From an uncultured Deferribacteres bacterium (lineage in GTDB: Bacteria > Zhuqueibacterota > Zhuqueibacteria > Zhuqueibacterales > Geothermadaptataceae), in the NCBI GenBank assembly GCA_964014485.1, contig CAXHAT010000090.1, positions 1 through 29,449 on the forward strand: a DNA stretch of 29,449 nt, given 5' to 3'. Shown here one piece after another: positions 8,398 through 18,734 of this stretch. The notes under the pieces were generated by a model. It was not told the DNA's origin. It ran no database searches and was given only the letters and a program-made list of their open reading frames with translations. Made by a program: the position numbers and the translations under genes. The first letter of the stretch is position 1; every line of letters starts with the position of its first letter.

Positions 8398-9897
8398 TCA
8401 GCGCTTTTTCTTGATTTCAAACCGCAAATCCGGATCATCGTAGGCGTGAGCCTTCTCATACATTTCCTGCGCTTTTGCCGTATTCCCGATTCGTGCAAAA
8501 CACTCCCCCAGCCGAAAACGCGCCCAGGGCTTCAGCCATTCCCCCTCGACTTTCTTAGCGTCGATGACGGCCTGAAATTTTTCGATAGCGTCGTCGTAAG
8601 CGCGTTTCTCGTAGCTGATTTTGGCTAAATTGTAGAGCAGTTCGGGCTTGCGCTTTTCCGGATATTCGGCGTCTTCCGCCTTTGTTTTTGCCAGAGCTTC
8701 TTGCAAAACTTGGGCGCTTTCCTCATACATTTTTACACGAAAGAAATTGCGCCCTTTAATTAAAGCAACGTCCACGGCCAGCAACGGTTTTTTGAGCCGT
8801 TCCTTAGCTAAATCATGAGCGGCGGCGTTGTCTTTTTTGCGCACTTTTTTGTAGAAAACTTCAGCGTTTGCCCGGTCTCCCAACAGCTCCAGACACAGCC
8901 CTTTTTTGTAGCAGCCATAAGCGTAAGCCCAGTGGTACTTCCCTTTCTCAAGCTGATCGAATACGCTGATCGTTGTGTCATAGTAGGCCTCGGCTCGCTT
9001 AAAATCATTTAGCCCGTAATGCAGCTCGCCGGTCCAATAATACCCGGCGCGACTCATGCTTGGAAATTTGGAGTTTTGCCTGTTTCGCAGCATTGCCTCA
9101 AAAGTTTCCAGCGCTTTGTGCGGCCGCCCGGTACGGCGGTAGCATTGCGCCAGATAAAGTTGGTAAAAAACGTTCGCCGGATATCGCTCATTAACCTGCC
9201 GAAAAATCGCGAGAGCGTCTTCGAATTTATCCTCAAACTTCACGTAGACGTCTCCCAAAGCCAGAGCTCCGGCTTCTTGCAAGTAGCGCCCTTTTCTTTG
9301 AACCAATTTGAGCTCGCGCAACCCGGCGGCGCGGTCGGCTTCCAGCCCCAGAAATGATGAAACGGTTTTGATGAATTTCGGCATGACGTCGGCGTAGTAG
9401 TGGAAAACGCCCAGCCCAAGATAAGCGTCGTAATGCGTCGAGTCGATTTCGACGGCGCGCTTTAGCGTTTTGACGCCGTTGCGAATATACCAAAATGTGC
9501 GCAGGTAATTTTCCTGAGCGGCGTGCAGCCCCGCCTGGTACATGTAGGCCAGCCCCAGATAATTTAAATATTCGGCGTTGCCTCTCTCACGGGCCAGCTT
9601 TTTTTCCGAGAGCCGGATGGATTTGTCGATCCACTTTTGCAGGCTTTTAACCGTTTGCTCATTGCGGCTGTCATCAATAAAAATGAGGTATTCGTGCGCG
9701 GATTTCAGTAGAGCGCCTCGAGGATCATTGGGCGCCAACAACAGCAAGGAATCAAATTTTGCTGCAGCTTCCGAAAGCTCAAGATTATGAAGTTTGGCCA
9801 GCGCATTTCGAGTCAGGCGATCCAGAGTCGCTTCCTCGGCGAGCAATGGATTCGAAAGAAGGCCGGCAAAAAAGCAGGCTGTGAAAAAGCGTTTCAT
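8398..9897 (-). CDS. Secreted tetratricopeptide-repeat protein (DUF3808/TTC39-like N-terminal part)
   Basis: Signal peptide MKRFFTACFFAGLLSNPLLA; several TPR-like helices (DAYLGLGVFHY, LYLAQCYRRTGRPHKALETF, ARFRLGECFARIGNTAKAQEMY). Confidence 0.85.
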   Translation of the reverse strand: MKRFFTACFFAGLLSNPLLAEEATLDRLTRNALAKLHNLELSEAAAKFDSLLLLAPNDPRGALLKSAHEYLIFIDDSRNEQTVKSLQKWIDKSIRLSEKKLARERGNAEYLNYLGLAYMYQAGLHAAQENYLRTFWYIRNGVKTLKRAVEIDSTHYDAYLGLGVFHYYADVMPKFIKTVSSFLGLEADRAAGLRELKLVQRKGRYLQEAGALALGDVYVKFEDKFEDALAIFRQVNERYPANVFYQLYLAQCYRRTGRPHKALETFEAMLRNRQNSKFPSMSRAGYYWTGELHYGLNDFKRAEAYYDTTISVFDQLEKGKYHWAYAYGCYKKGLCLELLGDRANAEVFYKKVRKKDNAAAHDLAKERLKKPLLAVDVALIKGRNFFRVKMYEESAQVLQEALAKTKAEDAEYPEKRKPELLYNLAKISYEKRAYDDAIEKFQAVIDAKKVEGEWLKPWARFRLGECFARIGNTAKAQEMYEKAHAYDDPDLRFEIKKKR

Positions 9898-10034
9898 GGC
9901 ACGACGAATACTTTGTTTTCAGATTATTGCAACGATTGTTTTTGGAGCAAGGAACATTGATAAAACCAAATCAGTTGCCTTTTCAACGAGATCACTTAAT
10001 TTGATCGTTCTGAATTAAAATCGAAAGGCCAAAA

Positions 10035-11210
10035 TTGAATTATTTTCAAGAGTCCGTCAGGCTGCATAAAAAGCATCGCGGTAAATTAGAAGTACGGACA
10101 AAAGTCAAAATAGACACGAAGGACGATCTTGCTTTAGCATACACGCCGGGCGTGGCGCAAGTTTGCCAAGAAATTGCCGATGCGCCGGATAAAGTGTACG
10201 ATTTGACGATTAAACGCAACGCCGTCGCAATCGTTTCTGACGGTTCCGCCGTTCTCGGTTTGGGAAACATCGGGCCGCACGCCGCCATTCCGGTCATGGA
10301 GGGCAAGGCGATTTTATTCAAAGAATACGCCGATATCGACGGTTTCCCGATCTGCGTCAATACACAGAACGCTTTCGAGATTATCAATTTGGTCAAAAAT
10401 ATCGCCCCGGTGTTTGGCGGCGTCAATCTGGAAGACATTTCCGCGCCGCGCGCGTTCGAAATCGAAGACGCATTGCAGGATATTGGCGTTCCTGTTTTCC
10501 ACGACGATCAGCACGGGACGGCGATTGTCTTGCTGGCGGCTTTGATCAATGCGGCCAAATTAGCCGGCAAGAAATTGACGGATTTGCGCGTAGTGGTCAA
10601 CGGCGCAGGCGCGGCCGGGGCGGCGATTGCAAAACTGCTGCTTTGCGTAGGACACGACCCGAACGTTTGCGAGCCCGTTGAAGAAATCATCGTCTGTGAT
10701 TCGAAGGGGATTATTTCTCGCAATCGTACGGACATTCAGGCAAATATGACCAAAATGCGCATCGCGCAAATCACCAATCGCGAGAACCGGGACGGCGGTC
10801 TTTCCGAAGCCATGCAAGGCGCGGACGTTTTTATCGGCGTGAGCGTCGGCAACATCGTTTCGAAGGAGATGGTGCAAAGCATGGGCGAAAAACCGATCGT
10901 TTTGGCGATGGCCAACCCGATCCCGGAAATCATGCCTGAGGCCGCGAAGGAAGCGGGCGCTTTCATCGTGGGTACGGGAAGAAGCGATTTTCCAAATCAG
11001 GTAAATAATGTTCTTGCCTTCCCGGGCGTTTTTCGCGGCGCGTTGGATGCACGGGCCAAGCGTATTACTGAAAAAATGAAAATTGCGGCGGCTCACGCTT
11101 TGGCAGATTACGTCGACAATCCGGCGACCGGAGAAATTTTGCCGTCGGCTCTAGATAAAAACGTTGCGCCGACCGTTGCTGAAGCTGTTGCGAAAGCATG
11201 GTCGGAGTGA
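10035..11210 (+). CDS. NAD(P)-dependent malic enzyme (short type, no PTA domain)
   Basis: LALAYTPGVA, SDGSAVLGLGNIG, PVMEGKAILFK, NLEDISAP, FHDDQHGTA, NGAGAAG, MANPIPEI, GRSDFPNQVNNVLAFPG; TTG start. Confidence 0.96.
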   Translation: MNYFQESVRLHKKHRGKLEVRTKVKIDTKDDLALAYTPGVAQVCQEIADAPDKVYDLTIKRNAVAIVSDGSAVLGLGNIGPHAAIPVMEGKAILFKEYADIDGFPICVNTQNAFEIINLVKNIAPVFGGVNLEDISAPRAFEIEDALQDIGVPVFHDDQHGTAIVLLAALINAAKLAGKKLTDLRVVVNGAGAAGAAIAKLLLCVGHDPNVCEPVEEIIVCDSKGIISRNRTDIQANMTKMRIAQITNRENRDGGLSEAMQGADVFIGVSVGNIVSKEMVQSMGEKPIVLAMANPIPEIMPEAAKEAGAFIVGTGRSDFPNQVNNVLAFPGVFRGALDARAKRITEKMKIAAAHALADYVDNPATGEILPSALDKNVAPTVAEAVAKAWSE

Positions 11211-11219
11211 AAACCTTAA

Positions 11220-12644
<1,425 letters not shown>

Positions 12645-12740
12645 ATTTTTTGACGCATTCCCGATCGTTTTGGCAGTAGTGGGACTCTAAGAAATATAGG
12701 TCGCAATTAAACTGTAAAATCTGAATTTGAGAGGGAAATC

Positions 12741-13052
12741 ATGAAAAGCGTTAAAGTCGAATACACTGTTCAGGAATCATTCGTTGAAACCAACAAGAAA
12801 AACATCGCCGTGGTCATGAATGATTTGCGTAAAATTGGTCATCCCGGCGTCAAATACTGCACTTTTTTGCAAGATGACGGACAGACTTTTGTCCATTTCG
12901 GCATGTACAGTGACGCAGATGCTTTAAAAACCGTAACCACTTTGCCGTCTTTTAATCAGTTCCGCATGGAGCTCAAAGCCAGCAATCCGCTCAGCCCGCC
13001 GAAGAGCCAGGATCTGAGCTTGGTGGGAACGATGTACGACATTTTTGAGTAG
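12741..13052 (+). CDS. Small hypothetical protein, possibly ABM/dimeric alpha-beta barrel fold
   Basis: 103 aa; GAGGG RBS; beta-alpha pattern VKVEYTV...N...DDGQTFVH...LPSFNQF resembles ABM-like proteins (fold is an inference). Confidence 0.75.
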   Translation: MKSVKVEYTVQESFVETNKKNIAVVMNDLRKIGHPGVKYCTFLQDDGQTFVHFGMYSDADALKTVTTLPSFNQFRMELKASNPLSPPKSQDLSLVGTMYDIFE

Positions 13053-13134
13053 GAAGCGCGTCCGGCTTTAGGGATCATGGAATGTCGGCTCTTCGGTTCA
13101 CGGCATTCCATGATCCTGACGCCCGGCGCTTCTT
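13051..13134. other. Long imperfect intergenic hairpin between the small gene and the sigma factor
   Basis: Core GGATCATGGAATG (13072-13084) pairs with CATTCCATGATCC (13104-13116); outer arms GAAGCGC / GCGCTTC. Confidence 0.7.
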
Positions 13135-13158
13135 GTGAATAATTTATCAGTCTCGCGT

Positions 13159-13986
13159 ATGATCCAAACGACGAAATTATCTAAAGCTCAAGCCGGGGAT
13201 ATTCGCGCATTTCACGAATTATTTGCGGAATTCGAAGCTCAGCTAAAATCCTACCTTTATCGTCTTACCGCCCGCCGAAATGAAACGGAAGATCTCGCGC
13301 AGGACGTCTTCATCCTGGCTTTCGAAGGCGTGAAAAAATTTCGTCAAGATGCGGATTTAAAAACCTGGGTTTTCACCATTGCGACCAATCGGGCGCGCAG
13401 ACATTTGAAAAAACAAGCGCGTTGGCGGACGGACACTTTTGTGAAAACGCGCGAGCGTGCGCATTCCGAAGCCGGCCTTCTGGACAAAATCCACCACATA
13501 AACGACCATTCGCCGCAAGGCGCTTACGAAATCCGCGAGCATATCGATTATTGCTTTAGCTGCGTTGGAAAAATGCTCTCGCTCGAGCAAAACATCGCGA
13601 TTCTTCTCAAAGACGTCTACGCTTTCAAGATTGACGAGATTGCGGAAATCCTGCAAAGAACCCCGGCAAGCGTGAAACACCTTGTGCGCGACGCCCGCCA
13701 GACGATGATTGCCATTTTTGATGAAACGTGCGCGCTGGTCAGCAAGCGCGGCGTGTGCAACCAATGCAGCGAGCTAAACGGCCGCTTCAATCCAAAACAA
13801 GATCGGCAGAAAGAATTGATGAAAATCAAGATGGTGAAAGACCGGAAGAAGCACAATGTTGAGAGCTTGCTTGAGCTGCGAGCGCAATTGGTCCGAAACA
13901 TCGATCCGCTGCAGGCCAACGGCGTCGACCTGCATGATTCACTGATGGAAATCAACCATCGCGTTAATGGAACGGAGCATAGTTGA
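13159..13986 (+). CDS. ECF sigma-70 family sigma factor with cysteine-rich linker and C-terminal extension
   Basis: Sigma2 region EDLAQDVFI...LKTWVFTIATNRAR; sigma4 region ILLKDVYAFKIDEIAEIL...SVKHLVRDARQ; Cys motifs HIDYCFSC and CALVSKRGVCNQC. Alternative GTG start at 13135. Confidence 0.9.
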   Translation: MIQTTKLSKAQAGDIRAFHELFAEFEAQLKSYLYRLTARRNETEDLAQDVFILAFEGVKKFRQDADLKTWVFTIATNRARRHLKKQARWRTDTFVKTRERAHSEAGLLDKIHHINDHSPQGAYEIREHIDYCFSCVGKMLSLEQNIAILLKDVYAFKIDEIAEILQRTPASVKHLVRDARQTMIAIFDETCALVSKRGVCNQCSELNGRFNPKQDRQKELMKIKMVKDRKKHNVESLLELRAQLVRNIDPLQANGVDLHDSLMEINHRVNGTEHS

Positions 13987-14083
13987 CGCTGGAAAGTTCG
14001 TTCGAAAGTTTTTAGAGCTTGCCCAAAAAATTTGTAAGTGATCGCGCAAGAAAACGACGATTGAACCTGAAGAAAAACAGACG

Positions 14084-15142
14084 ATGGATCTCAAGCGCGA
14101 TTACTACGAAGACGTTCAACTGCGCAAGGATCGGACGCACAAATTTTGGTTTGTTGCGCTGATCGCCGCGCTAATCGTAACGCCTTTTATCACGCCGAGT
14201 TATAATCTTTACCTGATCAATCTCATCGCCATCCACATCATCGTCACCGTCGGGCTGAACGTCCTGATCGGTTACACCGGACAAATCTCGCTGGGCCATG
14301 CCGGTTTTTTTGCCATCGGCGCTTACACGACTGTTCTTTCGATGATTCATTTTAGCCTGCCCTTTCCGCTCGCAATTCTGCTCGCGGCCATTGTCGCCGC
14401 CGGATTTGGTTTTCTGCTCGGCCTTCCGGCGCTTCGGCTCGAAGGCCCCTATCTTGCGATTGCCACGCTTGGGTTTGGCATGGCGGTGACGCAAATTATT
14501 GGGCGCGTTTCGATTTTTGGCGGGCATATGGGACTGCAAGTTCCCGACATGGATTTTGGCCTGTTTTCACTGAAGCCCGACATCGACAACACGGAAATTT
14601 ATTTTGTCATCATTGCGTTCACCGTTCTGTTGACGCTGGCGGCGCGCAACATTACGCGCACTCGGGTCGGGCGCGCTTTTATCGCTATTCGCGACAGTGA
14701 TATTGCCGCTTCCGCGCTGGGCGTAAACCTGTCTTTCTACAAAACGCTCTCGTTCGCATTTAGCGCCTGTTACGCCGGTATAGCGGGCGGACTCTACGCG
14801 TTCATTCTTGGATTCATCAACCCCAACATTTTCGACCTCGTTCTATCGATTCTTTTTCTCACTATGGTGGTCGTCGGCGGGCCCGGCTCAATTCTGGGCT
14901 CGATTATGGGAGGCGCCGTGGTCACGTTTCTGAACGTCAAATTGGAGTCGGTGCAAAACATCCCGATCATTGGCGACTTACTTAAAACGATTTCAGCGGA
15001 ATGGATGAGCTTGAGCGGGCTGCCGAACATCACGTTCGTCTTATTCGGCCTCATTTTGATTTTTATCGTCGTGTTCGAGCGCATGGGACTTTACGGGCTT
15101 TGGCTGCGCACCAAGATATACTGGCGAACCTGGCCTTTTTGA
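14084..15142 (+). CDS. livM: Branched-chain amino acid (HAAT) ABC transporter permease, LivM type, orphan
   Basis: GLNVLIGYTGQISLGHAGFFAIGAY, LRLEGPYLAIATLGF, GRAFIAIRDSDIAASALGVN, MVVVGGPGSILG; many transmembrane helices. Confidence 0.93.
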   Translation: MDLKRDYYEDVQLRKDRTHKFWFVALIAALIVTPFITPSYNLYLINLIAIHIIVTVGLNVLIGYTGQISLGHAGFFAIGAYTTVLSMIHFSLPFPLAILLAAIVAAGFGFLLGLPALRLEGPYLAIATLGFGMAVTQIIGRVSIFGGHMGLQVPDMDFGLFSLKPDIDNTEIYFVIIAFTVLLTLAARNITRTRVGRAFIAIRDSDIAASALGVNLSFYKTLSFAFSACYAGIAGGLYAFILGFINPNIFDLVLSILFLTMVVVGGPGSILGSIMGGAVVTFLNVKLESVQNIPIIGDLLKTISAEWMSLSGLPNITFVLFGLILIFIVVFERMGLYGLWLRTKIYWRTWPF

Positions 15143-15170
15143 TCGGGCTGGCCGCTACACCAACCCTCAT

Positions 15171-15356
15171 AATAAGCTTGCCAAGAAATTTTCAAAGATG
15201 AACTTTATTGTCAGCGGCGGCGTTTCGTCTATTCAGGACGTCCAACGGCTAAACGCGCAGGGCATGTCCGGAGTCATTATTGGGCGAGCGATTTACGAAG
15301 AGAAAATTTCGCTCCAGGAGCTGCGTCGACTTGGTCTTGATGACAAAAAAGATTAA
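15171..15356 (+). pseudogene. hisA: 3' remnant of hisA (ProFAR isomerase), about the last 60 residues; absent from the ORF track
   Basis: Manual translation NKLAKKFSKMNFIVSGGVSSIQDVQRLNAQGMSGVIIGRAIYEEKISLQEL matches the HisA C-terminal pattern (I-x-SGG-V-S-S-x-x-D ... G-V-I-x-G-R-A-x-Y-E). There is no room for the N-terminal part because livM ends at 15142. Confidence 0.8.
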
Positions 15357-15506
15357 TCGACGTCGATGCTTGGGGCTTGAATTATGGTCGCAAGATGCAG
15401 GAAGAAAAGCTTTGCGTTGCAGATGTATCTTTTTGTATATTTGTGAGTTACCTTAATCTCGAAAGAGCACGTTTCGGACATAAACGAGAAGACAGGACAG
15501 GAGCTT

Positions 15507-15926
15507 ATGAAAACCGCACAGGTTTCTTGGATCAGGGGATTACAATTTGCCGCAGAATCAGGTTCTAAGCACGGTATTATCATCGATTCGCCGAGCGATC
15601 CGGAAGACAACGGCGCCGGCGCAAGTCCGATGGAATTATTGCTTGTCAGCGTCGCTGGATGCACCGCTTTGGACGTTGTTTCGATTTTACAAAAGAAGCG
15701 ACAGAGCCTGACCAGCTTTCAGGTGCGCATTGAAGGCGAACGCGCTGAAGAGCATCCGCGCGTTTTTACAAAAATTCACCTGCGTTACATCGTCAATGGC
15801 CGCGATATCTCGGAAAAAGCGGTTAAAGACGCGATCGAACTTTCCCGCCAAAAATATTGCTCGGTTTCAGCGATGATTGGTCAGGTTGCGGAAATGACCT
15901 ACGAGACGGAAATTCATAAAGGATAG
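15507..15926 (+). CDS. OsmC/YhfA family protein
   Basis: GASPMELLLVSVAGCTALDVVSILQKKRQ, GERAEEHPRVFTKIHL, AIELSRQKYCSVS; AGGAG RBS. Confidence 0.94.
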   Translation: MKTAQVSWIRGLQFAAESGSKHGIIIDSPSDPEDNGAGASPMELLLVSVAGCTALDVVSILQKKRQSLTSFQVRIEGERAEEHPRVFTKIHLRYIVNGRDISEKAVKDAIELSRQKYCSVSAMIGQVAEMTYETEIHKG

Positions 15927-15962
15927 CCGCTCGCAAGCGCAACGCTCATACCTTGATTATTA

Positions 15963-15988
15963 CGACGCGGCGATCGTCAGCCGCGTCG
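15963..15988 (+). terminator. GC-rich hairpin downstream of the osmC-like gene (possible terminator)
   Basis: CGACGCGGC-8 nt-GCCGCGTCG forms a perfect 9-bp stem; there is no immediate U-tract. Confidence 0.4.
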
Positions 15989-16011
15989 GGAAACTTCCTG
16001 CCGGTTTTTGT

Positions 16012-16092
16012 TTAAGACTTCTTTTAAACCTCTTTTTGCTTCATCTGTCTCTTTTCCGTAGCTGTACATCTTCACCCCAAAAATCGAATCTT
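16012..16092. repeat. 81-bp direct repeat, copy 1
   Basis: 73/81 identical, ungapped, to 16318-16398. Confidence 0.92.
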
Positions 16093-16096
16093 GCGG

Positions 16097-16220
16097 CTCG
16101 TTCCCAAACTCCGGCTTGGGAATGGAGATGAGCTCGAAACTCCGGTTTCGAGCCAAAGTATTCACTCGAAACTGGAGTTTCGAGTGCAATTGCGCTCCCA
16201 ATCCAGAGATTGGGAACGAG
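16097..16220. repeat. REPIN-like palindromic element, family D (124 bp, four hairpins)
   Basis: Terminal inverted repeats CTCGTTCCCAA ... TTGGGAACGAG; internal hairpins GCTCGAAAC-TCCG-GTTTCGAGC and CACTCGAAACT-GG-AGTTTCGAGTG; each end also folds on itself (CCCAA...TTGGG). Confidence 0.85.
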
Positions 16221-16317
16221 AATTTGGGCGTCCCGAAATTAGGTTGGCGGTAGGCCGCCGCCGCCGAATGACTTTGATAAAAGGTTGCTGTATTATGAAG
16301 CTGGCGCGTAACATCAG

Positions 16318-16398
16318 TTAAGACTTCTTTTAAACCTCTTCTTACCTCGTCTGTCTCTCTTTCATAGCTGTACATCTTCACCCCCAAAATCGAATCTT
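16318..16398. repeat. 81-bp direct repeat, copy 2 (immediately upstream of ATG 16401)
   Basis: 73/81 identical to 16012-16092; ends 2 nt before the start codon. Confidence 0.92.
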
Positions 16399-16400
16399 CC

Positions 16401-18641
16401 ATGCTCAATTTCCACCGCGCAATCCAGCAAAACCGCCCATCTCTTTTGATGATTCTGTTGATTTCGATGAACACTTTGCTTGCATCGCAAGAATCCCCGC
16501 CCGCGAAGCAAAACATTGCCATAACGCGCGTTTCTTCTCCCATCAAGATAGACGGACGCGTCAATGAACCGGCTTGGACTGAAGCGGCGCGTTTTGAGAT
16601 TAAGTACGAATGGTTTCCGGGAGACAATATTTCTCCGCCTGTGCGGACGGAATGCTTCGTCGCTTATAACGATAATCATTTTTTTGTCGCGGTCAAATGT
16701 CAAGACCCGAACCCGCAGCAAATCCGCGCGCACATCCGAGACCGCGACGCCATTCAAAGTTTTGTGCAGGATGATCACATCGTTATTTTGCTGGATACAT
16801 TTAATGATCAGCGGCGGGCTTTTCAGTTCCGCGTCAATCCGCTTGGCGTTCAGGCGGACGCGGCGTTTAGCGCTTCAGAAGGATTTGAAGATTTTTCCTG
16901 GGACGCTATTTGGAATTCAGCGGGACGCATCACCGAAGACGGCTACGAAATAGAAATTGCCATTCCTTTTAGCCAACTTCGATTTCCCAAAACTGATAAG
17001 CCGCAAACCTGGGGCTTTGACGTCGGGCGTTCGTATCCGCGCAATATGCGCCATCGAATGGCCTGGATGTACACAGATCGCAACAACAATTGCTTGCTTT
17101 GCCAGATGAACAAAATCAGCGGGATTCAAGGAATTACGCCGGGCAGGAATATCGAATTGAGCCCGACAGTGACGGCGAACCGGAGTGATGCACGCACTGA
17201 TTTCCCTGTGGGAAGCGTAGAAAACGGCGATCCTGACGGCGAGTTTGGTTTCACCGGTAAGTGGGGAATCACGCCGAATCTCATTCTCAACGCCACCGCC
17301 AATCCCGACTTCTCGCAGGTTGAAGCGGACGCGGCGCAGTTGGACGTAAACACGCGTTTCGCGCTCTTTCTGCCGGAAAAACGCCCGTTCTTTCTTGAAG
17401 GCGCTGATCTTTTTACAACGCCGCTGCGCGCTGTTTTTACGCGAACCGTTGTTGATCCGCAAGGCGGCCTAAAATTAAGCGGCAAGCAAGGCGACAACGC
17501 GGTCGGCGTTTTCCTGACTCGCGACCGCATCAACAATCTCATTTTTCCGAGCAATCAAGGATCACGGAGCGCTTCGTTAGATCAAGACGTCAATACCGGC
17601 GTTTTAAGATTTCGTCGTGATGTTGGCGGGGCTTCAACTGTTGGGGTTCTCTTGTCGGAAAGAAACGGCGAAAACTATCACAACAGAGTCGGGAGTGTTG
17701 ACGGATTTGTGCGATTTTCACGAACCAACACCATGCGTTTCCAATTGCTTGGCAGCAACACGGAATATGCGCCGGCGATTGCTGACTCTTTCAAGCAAAA
17801 ACAGGGAGAATTCAGAAGCTTGGGCGGTCAAATTCGCTTGCAGCACGGCTCGCGAAAGTGGGTCGGCAATGTGACCTACCGCGATTTGGGCAGGGATTTT
17901 CGCGCCGACGCCGGTTTCATTCCTAGGGTCGACGTTCGCCAGCTTTCCGGCGCGTTGCAAAGACGATTTCGGAGCCGGGGCGACGCGTGGTACTCGCAAA
18001 TCAATACTGGATTCTTCGCTTCTCGCACTTCGGATCATAACGGGTTGTTGACAGACCAGGCGCTTTCTTTTAACACATTCTTACTTGGGCCGCTGCAATC
18101 TGTTTTCGTGGCGAATTTTTATGCTGAAAAAGAGCTTTTTCAGGAAATTGAATACGATTTGCAAAGCGCGGAATTTCTGGTGAGCCTGAAACCGAGCGGT
18201 CGATTCGATTTTTCCGTTCGCACGCAATTTGGAGAAGCGGTCGATTTTCGCAATGCTCAAAAAGCTGACGAACTTGTTGTCGCTTCAAATCTTGGCTTAA
18301 AAATGGGGCGGCGGCTTCGCGTCACGGCCAATCACACGCTGCAGCGCTTATCGGCGGGCGGGGCGAGCGTTTTGGATTTCAATCAAGTGCAATCCACAAT
18401 TCATTACAATTTCACGCTTCGCGCTTTTGCTCGGCTGATTACACAGTATCGTTTGATTGATTTTGGCGGGAGCGAGGAAATCAGTTCACTATTTAACCAG
18501 CTTTTGTTTTCTTACAAAATCAATCCACAGACTGTCGCTTTTTTTGGCTATTCCGGCAATGCTTCCAGCGGTAACAATTACGATCTCACTTTGCAAAACC
18601 GAACGTTTTTTGCGAAAATCGGCTATGCCTTTCTCTTGTAA
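16401..18641 (+). CDS. DUF5916-family outer-membrane protein with N-terminal CBM9-like sugar-binding domain
   Basis: IKIDGRVNEPAW, ILLDTFNDQRRAFQFRVNPLG, EIEIAIPFSQLRF, ANPDFSQVEAD, FLPEKRPFFLEG; beta-strand C-terminus FFAKIGYAF; N-terminal signal-like segment. Confidence 0.88.
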   Translation: MLNFHRAIQQNRPSLLMILLISMNTLLASQESPPAKQNIAITRVSSPIKIDGRVNEPAWTEAARFEIKYEWFPGDNISPPVRTECFVAYNDNHFFVAVKCQDPNPQQIRAHIRDRDAIQSFVQDDHIVILLDTFNDQRRAFQFRVNPLGVQADAAFSASEGFEDFSWDAIWNSAGRITEDGYEIEIAIPFSQLRFPKTDKPQTWGFDVGRSYPRNMRHRMAWMYTDRNNNCLLCQMNKISGIQGITPGRNIELSPTVTANRSDARTDFPVGSVENGDPDGEFGFTGKWGITPNLILNATANPDFSQVEADAAQLDVNTRFALFLPEKRPFFLEGADLFTTPLRAVFTRTVVDPQGGLKLSGKQGDNAVGVFLTRDRINNLIFPSNQGSRSASLDQDVNTGVLRFRRDVGGASTVGVLLSERNGENYHNRVGSVDGFVRFSRTNTMRFQLLGSNTEYAPAIADSFKQKQGEFRSLGGQIRLQHGSRKWVGNVTYRDLGRDFRADAGFIPRVDVRQLSGALQRRFRSRGDAWYSQINTGFFASRTSDHNGLLTDQALSFNTFLLGPLQSVFVANFYAEKELFQEIEYDLQSAEFLVSLKPSGRFDFSVRTQFGEAVDFRNAQKADELVVASNLGLKMGRRLRVTANHTLQRLSAGGASVLDFNQVQSTIHYNFTLRAFARLITQYRLIDFGGSEEISSLFNQLLFSYKINPQTVAFFGYSGNASSGNNYDLTLQNRTFFAKIGYAFLL

Positions 18642-18734
18642 TCGCCAAAAGCCGGAGTGCAAAACTTCAGTTTTGGATTTGCCTTGCTGGGGTCGTTTCA
18701 AAGCACAAAACTTGTAGAGCGACGCAAGCATATC

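Noticed and set aside
16012..16398. 81-bp repeat pair as a diversity-generating retroelement TR/VR
   Set aside because: Mismatches are not confined to adenines of one copy on either strand, neither copy lies in the 3' end of a real gene, and there is no reverse transcriptase in the window.
15977..16627. 216-aa minus-strand ORF with an internal peptide repeat
   Set aside because: It overlaps the DUF5916 gene antisense and runs through a palindromic element, and differences between the repeats are mostly non-synonymous. It is probably a shadow ORF.
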